DNA from: Felis catus
Taxonomy: Eukaryota
Length of the DNA: 64,000 bases
Direction: 5' to 3'
Assembly: GCF_018350175.1 (NCBI RefSeq)
Contig: NC_058368.1
Coordinates: 114,144,001-114,208,000 of the forward strand
Shown here: positions 36,371-47,599 of the stretch, one piece after another
Position numbering within the stretch: position 1 is the first letter of the stretch
Layout: each line of letters opens with the position of its first letter
Translations under genes and position numbers: made by a program
The notes under the pieces: generated by a model
What the model was told of the DNA's origin: nothing
Database searches by the model: none
The model's input: the letters and a program-made list of their open reading frames with translations, nothing else

Positions 36371-39300
36371 TTTTCAGTTATCGTATCACCTTCCCTAACC
36401 CTTCTTCAAACCCTCCATCATCAAGGCATTTTGATAATCCAGAAGAAATAGTTAATGAACTGTATTTCTGGCCACCTCTCAGGGAGAAGGAGACAGAAGG
36501 CAAAGTCTGGGGCTTGTATGAAGGTGCAGGGGCAGGATAGGGTAGCCAGGGATTGTCTGGTAACCTCTCTGCACATCAGGCAGGGAGCTTCATGTTAAAG
36601 GTGAATCAATCTGTCATGATCACCTAGATATTCTGGGAACTTTATGTCTTGAACTTGGATTAAGATGGCCCCGGGCTAGAATGCCTGTGTGTATGGGCAC
36701 CCACAAACAAAAAACCACCCTGGAGAAAGGTATATGCATCCTAAGTCTCAAATTACTTCTACAAGCAATTTTTCAAACATAACTTACTGCCCATAGTGAA
36801 AAGTAACCTGGTACAGATGCAGGAAAAGTCAGAAGCCAGAACCAACAGATACAACAGACAATAGACTTCAGATAATGGAATAATCACACAATACTTCTTA
36901 TATTTAGAGAAATAAAACACAAGCCAGAAAATATCTTTGGAGAACAGAACAGTATAAAAAGTGACATATTTGAAAGAGTATCAAAAATAGAATTCTACAA
37001 CTGCAAATTATAGTAACTGAGATTAAAAACCTAGTTGACAGGTTTGACAGCAAACAAGAGATGAAGAGAGGAGGAGTAAAGTGAAAAATAGGCCAGCAAA
37101 AATTACTGCAAATGAGGCCTAGAGATACAAAAAGTGGGTGGAGAAGGTATGAGATATGAAAGCTAGAATGAGAAGGCCCAATATGTTTAACCTGAGTTAC
37201 AGAAGACAGACCGTTGACTAGAGGCAATATTTGGAAAATGCTGAGGAATAGCTAAATATGCAATCTCTCCAAGTGAGAGACTGGGAAGTCATATTAACCA
37301 CAATGTTATCTTACTATGGAAGAGTCTGTTAGCTATTTTAATTTATAAGAGAGAAATCTAGAAAGTTACCAGGGGTATCAGGAAGCTACAAAACAGTATT
37401 TTCATTTGATATAACCTTGTATACTAAGCAGTCATGGTGTTCCTTTTAGCTTGCGGGGACTGAAAGATACCAACTAAACTAAACTCCAATTGAGAGGGGG
37501 AAATTACAATGACATTGTATTTGAAGTCTCCAGTTCCTTTGTGATTATCACCATTCAGCAAATTGGTTAGGGTTTTGTTATTCACATTATTTACAGAGCA
37601 CAGGTACCCTGTATTTACAGAACACTCTGTCACTTTCCTAACAGAGAAAGGCTGAATGGAAGCTTTAGTTAACGAGCTAATTTCTGGAAAGGAGAAATGG
37701 TGCCCTTAGCTTATCTTTACTCCTATAAATCCAACTCAAGGATAAAAGATCAAGTTTGAAACACTAAAACAGAACTTTGGCCTCCTTCTAATTCAGCTTT
37801 TCTTTTTCTAGTTTGTGTAGAAGAGCATTATAAACCAGTATTAAAGCTGAATAAATACTTTAATTATGATTTAATCATCTCTTAGGTACGGGGGATGAAA
37901 TTCCAGGTAACTCTTGAGTCCTGAGACTCCAAGTAGCCTATTTCTTTGAGTACATTTTCTTCCTTCATTGTATATAACTGTATGCTCCCTTTACATGCTT
38001 GGCAGCAACAACCAGAAACAAGAAGCCTTCTTCCTTTTGACTGACTAACCAATCATGCAAAGTACCTACATACTATTAAAAATTCCATCCAGGCTTCCCC
38101 TTAAAATAAATAACTCATTTTAAGCATCCAACAGCAGTAACAAAATACATGAAACCATACAAAATACATCAAAATACATCAACCATAAATCCAAATAAGC
38201 CCAAAGTATCAACTGCCATTATTCCTAACCAGCTTATGAATTTTAAAAACTTTTTCTTTAATACTTTCTAAAATTTCTCCCATGAACATGCATTATTACT
38301 ATAATCAGAAAAATTGGCGCACTGCCTTTTTCTTTTTAACTGTCCAATGTTAGAGCCCTGGCTTTACATAAGGAATATAAAATACATGTTATCCATTCCA
38401 GAAAACAAAATATGACTAATAAAATAACATGCTACTGTTACAAAACAGGAGTAACAGAGACCATTTTCCTATGTACTGTTCACATAAATCAAAGAAAAAA
38501 TTTTAATTTCATCTAATTATTAATAATCTTTAAATTATTAATTTAAGATGACCAACTCAGGAACCTGAGTTTAAGAAATGGAAACTACAGTAAATCTTTT
38601 TTCTAACCTAATAATCTACTGACCCACTGACCTACTTTGGAATTTAGGTTAAATCTGATATTTCTGGTACAGATGGATATATTAATGTTAATTAATTAGA
38701 AGTAATGCTTAAATTTAATTGACCAGAATAATGCAGAACCCAGGCAACAATCCTTAACTACATTTATCACCATTTATGAAAAATTCTAACTTGCTTCTGC
38801 AGATTGCTTAGTGTTTGTATTATAGCTAGAAAGATCATTATTCCCAAGAGAACAATTTTAACTTGTAAAGATTCCAATACTTTTAAATTAATTGCTTAAT
38901 GTAGAAGTACAGATGAAATTAAAGAGTTCTCAACTTAAAAAAAATAAAGACTGCATCTGCATGACTTATTAACATATATCCCTTATGCGTCTGGCAATGC
39001 TATTGCAAATTAGTGATGAAAAAATAGGACATCAGGTTGAGGAATCCTAATTCTACCTCTGTTAATACTGTGCTCAATACCTTAATTTTCCAATTTTAAA
39101 ATTAATAAAATGAAGATCTGTAATATTTTAGATGTTACCTTACATCAAATCCAAGATTTATAGTTACTGAAGAAAATAAACCTCAGTGTCATGTTTGAGG
39201 ATCATCACCAGGACTGTTTGAGATTCAGCAAGTGACAAATTGTTGGCATCTTATTTTGGCAGAAGAGGTGTACAAATTAAACATACTGTTGATATTAGAA

Positions 39301-39684
39301 ATTTTAGGGTTCTTAGGTGTAGGTACAATTGAAAATCGCTTATTGGACAAGGTCAGGTAGTCCCAGTTTTAGAAGGACACAGGACAGGCTAAGATGGCCA
39401 TTGCCAAGACCAGCTGGTAAGCAAGTATCTCACGGTTCCAATCTTGTAGGTGAACATTCATTAAGTGGAAGCCCATCATTTCCTGAATCACTGTTCAGCT
39501 ACTGAAGTACCTTGTCTTGCCCTCAGGGGAATTTCCATACTTAGTTTTATAGAACTCTGTGTTAACTAGAGCCAGAGAGCCTGTGCAATATGCAGCTAGA
39601 TACTTTCCTGGACACATGGGTAACCTCCATCCATTGTGATGTATTTATGAAGGGATATAATGTTTTTCTTTCTTCCCATCAAAG

Positions 39685-39805
39685 ATTTGCACAATTCCGA
39701 ATTGTTCTTGGAGATTTTAATTTTGCTGGTATTCAGCAAGCCAATCGTATCTTGGGGCCCATTTACTTCATCACTTTCATCTTTTTTGTGTTCTTTGTCC
39801 TGCTG
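39685..39805 (+). CDS. PKD2L2: PKD2L2 exon 9 (pore helix and filter [14 protein letters not shown]6)
   Basis: LGD selectivity filter of TRPP channels; canonical sites; 121 nt. Confidence 0.97.
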
Positions 39806-40487
39806 GTAAGTACAAGCATGTATGTCCCCTTTTTCACTTCTAGTTTTTAGAATAAAAAATGAAATGATTAATTTAGAAGAAATTATAGTATAACTGCTTA
39901 GCTGTTAGAGTTTTTTACATTTATTAGGAACTGTGTGGATTCCTAGTAATCTAGGCTATAACTCCAGTGTCTGAATGTTTCCAAGTTGTCCAAAGGAGAA
40001 TGTGATCATAAAAGTTACCATTTTGATGTCAGGTGTGTGCCAGGAATGTGCTAAATCTTCTACATCTATAACCTGGATATCCCGGGTCCCTCCAACCTGG
40101 GACATGGCATACCGGAAGGGATGAATGTATTCTGCCCATATTGCAAATGGCTTCTGGCCTTTAAGGCTAAAACCACGTATCTTTGTGGTTTTTAGGAGTC
40201 CCCAGGATGGGTCTTTCACATCTGCTCAAGACGAATTTATCTGGCCTTCCTAATCAAGGAAATTTGCTTTCCCTCTTTGACAACATTTTTGTCACACACA
40301 GCAAGTTATCCCCTGGTGGTGGCCAAAAGTCCTCAGAGTGACAGAGTTGGGCCTCAGTGAAAGGTGGGCTGGGGGTAAGAATACCCTCTCCACAATTGTT
40401 TGTATTATTTGGACAGAGTATTCCTAAGAGCCTTAGTAAGACTGTGCATCTAAATAGCTTTAGAGAACTTTAAAAAACCACTCTTAT

Positions 40488-40940
40488 AGGGCTCCTTTGC
40501 CTCAATCAAAAGTGACCCTAAAGTCTGAAAAAAAAAAAAAAAAATTAAGCTTCCCGGCCTGAGGATTTTCCCATTCTCCTCCTACACTAAGGCCAGTAAG
40601 TGGAGGAGAGGTTCCTGTTTCCTCAGCACTAAGATTTAGCTTTCCCATACCACCAGGCCACCTGCCTCCGGTAAAAGCCTTTCTTTTGATGGAATCTAGA
40701 AGGGCTACAAAGACTGGATCGTTGTGGCCATATAGAGGGAAGCAGAATCTGTCTGAGCTGTGAGAGGTTTTAAGTTAACAGCTGTCTCTACCACCCTGCT
40801 TCCTGACTCTGATAATGGTTGTAAAGACTGCTGTCTTCCTCTGGCAGTGGTGCCAGAGAGAACAGGATATGTACGAATGTGATACTCTTATGTTTAATAA
40901 AAACTAACTTTAAATATGGGAGCAAGTAAAAACAAAAAAC
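40488..40940 (+). pseudogene. Retrotransposed poly(A)+ RNA 3' fragment of unknown origin
   Basis: 15-bp TSD AAAAACCACTCTTAT (40473-40487, 40941-40955), AATAAA at 40896-40901, A-rich tail. Confidence 0.75.
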
Positions 40941-41017
40941 AAAAACCACTCTTATGAACATAGAATTACGTTATTCTGTTTTCGTCTGATATTCAATGTT
41001 GATCAGTTAATATATTT

Positions 41018-41072
41018 ATCTACATATATATATATCTCTACATATATATATCTACATATATATATATATATA
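41018..41072. repeat. (TA)n / TCTACATATATA compound microsatellite
   Basis: Direct inspection. Confidence 0.9.
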
Positions 41073-41330
41073 TGCATTAGTATCCAGTTCATATGCATTA
41101 TTTTACATTGTTTTTCTCATTTGCCATAAACTTATTTGCCTATATCCACACATTATACATTTCCCATTCTGCTGTGTTACAGTCTGCATAGGCATTTCTC
41201 TATTACCGAGCATATGAACTACTTTAAAATTTTTAAATCTAATTTTACAAATCCCAGCAGTCATCAGAGTCAGTAACATTTACATTAAATCTTTATGGAA
41301 ATAATTATTTTTGTGACTATTTCTTCCCAG

Positions 41331-41432
41331 AACATGTTCTTGGCAATTATTAACGATACCTATTCTGAAGTGAAAGCTGATTATTCAATAGGCAGAAGGC
41401 CAGATTTTGAACTTGGTGAAATGATTAAAAAG
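41331..41432 (+). CDS. PKD2L2: PKD2L2 exon 10 (NMFLAIINDTYSEVK...)
   Basis: Conserved end of S6; CCCAG| acceptor, AAG|GTATGT donor, 102 nt. Confidence 0.97.
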
Positions 41433-42209
41433 GTATGTCTACTTCTTTTCCTATTTAGAATTCTAAGACAAATCTTGTTCACTTTTTACTCCTGTACTTT
41501 AAACCCCAAGCAGTGGTGGGTTTTTGGGTTGGGGGTGGGGTTGTTTTCTGTTTTGGTCCAGTCTTGCTCATATCTGTATTATGTCACTACCAGAGAAGTG
41601 AGATTTCTTTCTGGCTTTAAAAAGGTGGCCAAAATTATTTCAGTATATCAAATAGCAACTGAGCTGTTTACTAAACGCAAAGCTCTGTTGGGTTTTGTAA
41701 TAAAACTCTCTCTTCCCTCCAAAAATTTCAATTTAGATGCTAGTAAATTTCTATAGACAATCTAAACTCAGAACTCCATGTGCCTTATCTTCCTCATTTT
41801 CCTGTTTCTGTTAATGGCAACAGGAACAGTCGCTCCAGGCTTAAAAGCCTTGAATTTTTTTACTCCCTTTGCCTCATATAGTTGGTTGACACGGCCTGTG
41901 TGTAAAGTTCATCTATGCAGTTTTTGTTCACATTTGTGAAATCCAGGCCATGTTGAATTCTAACTGCCACCACCGGAGTGGGGCCCCTCAGTACTTTTCA
42001 CCCAGCCTCCTGTGTAGGAACATCTTCTATAGCAACATCTTATGGCCCCTCTCCTGTGCCTATCCAGCTCTGATATCATTTCTCTACTCAAAATTCTTCA
42101 GTCTCTCTGGGCCTGTCAAAATAAGTCCAAATTCTTTACCCAAAGAATTGGGTGGATGCCTCTACTCAACAGCACTGCGTCCCAGCTAGTGTTTTGAGCA
42201 CTGTGCTGT

Positions 42210-42420
42210 TTAAATTTTTTTTAAACGTTTATTCATTTTTGAGAGACAGAGACAGAGTGCAAGCAGGGGTGGGGCAGAGAGAGAGGGACAAACAGAATCC
42301 AAAGCAGGCTCCAGGCTCTGAGCTGTCAGCAGAGAGCCCAATGCGGGGCTCAAACTCACAAACCGTGAGACCCTGACCTGAGCGACATCCGACCCCTAAC
42401 TGACTAAGCCACCCACGCAC
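42210..42420 (-). mobile_element. CAN-SINE
   Basis: Reverse SINE body. Confidence 0.85.
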
Positions 42421-42974
42421 CCACACAGTGTTGTTTACCATCACTGGCTCTCCCCTCTGGACCTCTGCTCAGGTCACCTGCCGCCCCCAGCAACGTTCCC
42501 TCCATTCCCTCGCTGACATACTATTCTCCCTGACAGTGGTATCGCCCCTGTCCTCTCAACACCTACCTCACTTGCGTGGTTAGTAGTCACAGGTGTACAA
42601 TCTCGCCCATCTCTGCACATCCATGGTTCTAACCACATCACTTCACACAGAAAAAGTCCTAATGGCCATGAGGCTAGTAGAGTTTCAAAACTCGGTCCAA
42701 CAACGTATCTGTAAAAGGAAACCATTAATATGTCCCCCAGGGAGCTTAATTGTAGGTTTTTTCATCTTTTATCTCATTATGATGTTGGTTATGTGCATTA
42801 AAGTGTTTACATCATTAAATGCAATACATGTTAATAAAACTTTTTAAAGATTTTTTTTTCAAGTTCAAGTGTGATGCCCACAAGAGAACCCCTTTCTCTT
42901 TTTCACCAGTAGGCAGAAAACATAAGTGGTGACAAAGTGAAAGAAATCATAGCATTCCCTCCATATTTCTTTTA

Positions 42975-43475
42975 AAGTTTACTTATTTTGAGAGAGAGAG
43001 AGTGCGCACGCATGAGTGGGGGAGGGACAGAGAGGGAGGGGACAGAGAATCCCAAGCTGGCTCTGTGCTGTCAGCGCAGAGCCCAGCATGGGGTTTCAAA
43101 CTCACCAACCATGAGATCATGACCTGAGCTAAAATCAAGAGACAGGAGCTTAAACCAACTGAGCCACCCAGGTGCCCCGCCTCCACATTTCTTTAGGGGA
43201 GTAGTCCCTAGAGACAAGCATTCCATATTTCTTTTACCTTGATCAAAATTAATACAAGATGGGGCGCCTGGGTGGCTCAGTCAGTTGAGCATCCGACTTC
43301 GGCTCAGGTCATGATCTCACAGCTCATGAGTTCGAGCCCCACGTCAGGCTCTATGCTAATAGCTCAGAGACTGGAGCCTGCTTCGAATTCTGTCTCTCCC
43401 CCTCTCTCTGCCCCTAACCCACTCACATTCTGTCTCTGTCTCTCTCAAAAATAAATAAACATTAAAAAATTTTTT
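42975..43475. mobile_element. Head-to-head CAN-SINE pair (~42975-43180 -, 43261-43475 +)
   Basis: Two SINE bodies about 80 bp apart, ending ~55 nt before exon 11. Confidence 0.87.
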
Positions 43476-43532
43476 TAATTAATACAGGATGTATTTTTGA
43501 TGAACTTTTAAACTATTTTTAATTATGTCCAG

Positions 43533-43597
43533 AGTTACAACAATGCTCTTGAAAAACTTAGACTAAAGAAACCTCAAAAGGATGAAGACGATAAAGG
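43533..43597 (+). CDS. PKD2L2: PKD2L2 exon 11 (SYNNALEKLRLKKPQKDEDDK)
   Basis: TCCAG| acceptor, GG|GTAAGA donor, 65 nt. Confidence 0.9.
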
Positions 43598-44212
43598 GTA
43601 AGATGGCTTAAAATTTTGCCATTTAAAACTGTACATTATATGAGAACCTTGCAATGAGAGTAAGGTTTTGATTGTAAAACAGCCACCATCCCAAGTGCTT
43701 ATTCTAAATACGTTGTCAATACATCATCCACTAGGGCCTCCTAATTCTGAGAGCGCCAGGAGGCTCCAAGCTTAAGCTAATGAAAAATTAATATAAAGCG
43801 TGTTGTGCCACTCAGAAAGAACTTTAACAGAAAGCTGAACAGGAGAATAAAGTCCCCCTGAGAAGGGAGGAAAAACTGTTAGTCTGCATTAAGTGCATTC
43901 ACTTAGCTATGAAAATAAAAACAGTTTTACACAAAATATTTAAGGATACACTTACATTTATTTATTCAATCACTTTGGTGTCCAAATGCTTCCCAAACCC
44001 AGACCTCTGGCAGTGGCACAGACTATAAGCATTATTTTATAGCTAGAGATGTGACACTCTGGAGACTTTCTATTAATGACACTTTCCAAATAATGAGTGT
44101 TATCAGAAAGACCAGAAATGCAATTATCATCCTTACTATAGAGCTGATCATACTTTATTTTCCCTTTCTACTGTCATAGGTCTCTGACCTTTATTTTATT
44201 TTACATTCTTAG

Positions 44213-44264
44213 TATGAAAGGCGATTTGGCTGAGCAAGCCAGAAGAGAAGGCTTTGATGAAAAT
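44213..44264 (+). CDS. PKD2L2: PKD2L2 exon 12 (MKGDLAEQARREGFDEN)
   Basis: CTTAG| acceptor, AAT|GTAAGA donor, 52 nt; restores phase 0. Confidence 0.9.
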
Positions 44265-44454
44265 GTAAGATTTTAACTTTCTCGTAAAGATAGCTTTATT
44301 AGAAATGTGCTTACAAAAAAAAAAAAAAAGTTCTGATTAAGAATTGAAATTATTTGCTTTCTTTACAGCACTAATTACCAACTCCAAAAATTTCTCCGCG
44401 AATCTAACTGTTGTTGTTTATAACAAATTATTTCAATTCTACATGCTACCTCTT

Positions 44455-44671
44455 TTTTTTAAATGTTTATTTATTTTTGAGAAAGAGAGAGATATGAGGT
44501 CGGGCGGGGGGGGGGGGGGGGGTGGGTGGGAAGGAGACACAGAATCCGAAGCAGGCTCCAGGCTCTGAGTTATCAGCACAGAGCCCAACGCAGGGCTTAA
44601 ACTCATGAACCACAAGATCATGACCTGACCCAAAGTTGGCCACTTAACCGACTGAGCCACCCAGGCACCCC
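44455..44671 (-). mobile_element. CAN-SINE with a G-run
   Basis: Reverse SINE body. Confidence 0.87.
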
Positions 44672-44818
44672 TATGTGCTACTTCTTTTATTGGTGCTCTC
44701 AGCCAGATACTCTGGTCCTACAGCTGTACAGTCACTGTGGGATTATTGTGCAGGGTTTAGTGAGTATACTCTTTGGAGATGATAATTTTTCTCTTGTAAT
44801 CATCATTCATGTTTTATA

Positions 44819-45257
44819 CAGTTGAACCTTGAACAATGCAGGGGTTATGTTTACAGTACAGGAAAAAAATCCATGTATAAGTAGGCCCACACAGTTCAAA
44901 CTTGTGTTGCTCAAGGACCATGTTTTTGAACAACACAGGTTTGAACTTCACAAGTCCACTTATATGTGAGGTTTTTTTTCAATAAATATGGTACAGTACT
45001 TCCTGTGAGTGTATTTTCTCTGCCTTATGTTTTTTCTCAGTAACATTTTGTTTGCTCTAGCTTACTCTACTGTAACAACATAGTATATAATATATATACA
45101 GAATATGTTTTAATCGACTGTTTATGGGATCAGTTAAGACTTCAATCAATGGTAGGCTATTAGTTGTTAAGTTTTTAGGGAGTCAAAAGTTACACATGCA
45201 TTTTCACCTGCACTGGGGTCAGCACCCCTGACCCCTGCATTGTGCAGGTGTCAGCTG
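44819..45257. mobile_element. Composite Tigger2a-like element (inverted deleted copy joined to a forward copy)
   Basis: TA|CAGTTGAACCTTGAA ... GTGTCAGCTG|TA termini with an internal inverted repeat. Confidence 0.75.
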
Positions 45258-46452
45258 TACATACATTGGAGTGAGGTTTCTCATTGTGAGATAAGAGAGT
45301 TACCAAAGGGAAAGGTTGAGGGTTAAAATGAACCTTGTGGTGTTGGATTAGAATTACAGGTGTGTGTGTCTGTGTGTGTGTGTGTTCTATAGCTCTATCT
45401 GTCCACTGAGAAATCTAGAAGTAAATCTAGATCTTGGTTTCCAAATACCATTCTCTTCTAAAAGGAATGAGGGCCCCTTGGAGATACGGTTAATTCTAGG
45501 GTTGGAAGATACAACATGAATCTATAATATCTTGTTGAGCCAGAAAGTGAAAGTGCTGTAAGAATAATGAAGATCTGTTCAAAGCACACAAGAGTCAGTT
45601 TTGAGGGGCTCCCACTGGCCAAATCTGGAAATATTTAAGCGCTATAATGAATAATAATGTATAGCCCATTGAGTAACAAAGGATTCCATGAGTTCATACT
45701 CATCTAAACATATACATGGATAAAAATCGGAGAAAGAATGGAACTTTTCCATACCTCTCCACAAAATACATATTATTTAACCAAAAGAAAAAGAATATGT
45801 CAGGGTGGAGGAATCTGGCAGATACTGCCTTAATCAGTATGGGGAAAAACTGAAACCATACACCAGCCAGTAAGATGCTAAGAGACAACAGCATCACTTC
45901 TGTACCATTTCTGCCAAAAATGTAGAACATGACAAAATATCACACAAAACTGAGGGACGTTCTGCAAGATAACTGGCCTGTATTCTTTAAAAGTGTCATG
46001 GTCAACATGACAAGCCACGGTAAAGCAGAGGAACGATACCAGAATGAATGAGATTAAAAGACAGACAAGTAAATACAGTGCCTAATCCTGGACAAGTGGC
46101 AAATTTGAATGGGGGGACTCAGCATTAGAAGATAATCATCTATCAGTATCAATCTTCTGACTCTGATGGTTGTGCTGCGACTATAAAGGAAAACGTCCTT
46201 GTAAGCAGGAAATACACATTGATGTGATCAGGGACACTGGGGCATTCATGTTGGCAACTTCAAATACTTCAAAGGAAAGAAAAAGTTTTTGTAACTTTCC
46301 CCTAATTTTGAGATTCTTTTAAAAACAAAATTATAATTCAGTAAACCATTTCTGAAATAAAAGATGATGTAAATTGAAAGACATACTGTGTACCTGTGGG
46401 AAATCACCTCGAATGAACGTGAGACTCATCCAGGTAAAATCTGGACTTCCAA

Positions 46453-46665
46453 GGGGCGCCTGGGTGGCTCAGTCGGTTAAGTGTCCGACTTCAGCTCAGG
46501 TCACGATCTCGCGGTCCGTGAGTTCGAGCCTCGCGTTGGGCTCTGGGCTGACTGCTCAGAGCCTGGAGCCTATTTCAGATTCTGTGTCTCCCTCTCTCTC
46601 TGCCCTTCCACCATTCATGCTCTGTCTCTCTCTGTCTCAAAAATAAATAAACGTTAAAAAAAAAA
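46453..46665 (+). mobile_element. CAN-SINE
   Basis: TSD AAAATCTGGACTTCCAAG. Confidence 0.9.
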
Positions 46666-47010
46666 AATCTGGACTTCCAAGAAAAGGAAAACCAGGTTAG
46701 CATGACAACATTCAACACCATACGTCAACAGAACCGTACCCACAATACATTCAAGGAAAGAAAATGTAAGCCAAGCATATTTATTTGGAGCACAACTGTG
46801 TTTCCAGTGTACAAGCTCAAAGAGTTTTCAACGTGCAAGAACTCAGAATAATGTTGTATTCCTGAGGGTTCTATGAGAATATCAGTTTCAGCCAACCAAA
46901 AGATGATCGGAGAAATTTTGCAAAAAGGAAGAAGGGAGAGAGAAGGTATAAAGTAGAAAACATTGATGGAGTGGTTCATATATAATAGCTCAAAGTTAAA
47001 GAATTCATGT

Positions 47011-47215
47011 AGGAGCGCCTGGGTGGCTCAATCAGCTAAGCATCTGACTCTTGATTTCAGCTCAGGTCATGATCTCATGATCATGAGATAGAGACCCACA
47101 TCGGGCTCCCCAGTGAGTGTGGAGCCTACTTGAGATTCTCCATCTCCCTCTCTCTCTCTGGCCTGCCCTTGCTCACACTCTTTCTCTATCTCAAAATAAA
47201 TAAATAAAATTTTTA
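47011..47215 (+). mobile_element. CAN-SINE
   Basis: Typical head and tail. Confidence 0.85.
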
Positions 47216-47298
47216 AAAAGAGAATTATCATTTAGAGTTAATAACCAATAAGAATAAATTTTAGCATATTTAAAAATACTTTAATAAACAATAAGATA

Positions 47299-47476
47299 CT
47301 ATTTCATGGACTTTAAAACATATTTTCTTTTCACATTTTAACATCTCTAAAATCAAGATATGCCTTATGGTTGATAGTGTATCACACTGTAATTGGCAGC
47401 CTTTCTTTCCTAAGTGGTACATAAATAATGGTGTGTCTAACAGTAGACTCCATCTCTCAGATACAACGAAATGTGG
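47299..47476. mobile_element. MER104-like (TcMar-Tc2) MITE
   Basis: TA-flanked; internal TTTTCACATTTTAACATCTCT; imperfect TIRs TATTTCAT ... ACGAAATG. Confidence 0.6.
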
Positions 47477-47599
47477 TAATAAGATTTAAATATAGTTGGA
47501 ACTATAAGCTAATTTTCTTGTTGAATTTGATTCCTAGTTGAGGGAACCAAAGCAGGAAAAAGAGGACTCGGGTAGTATTAAAAAAAAAAAAAGAAAGAA

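Noticed and set aside
40305..40325. CTCF-like CCACCAGGGG on the minus strand
   Set aside because: The 3' GCGC/GCAG part of the core is missing; the match is too weak
43533..44264. Suspected frameshift or pseudogenisation of PKD2L2 at the 65-nt exon 11
   Set aside because: Exon 12 (52 nt) is phase-compatible (GG|T), and the full CDS of 1878 nt is open
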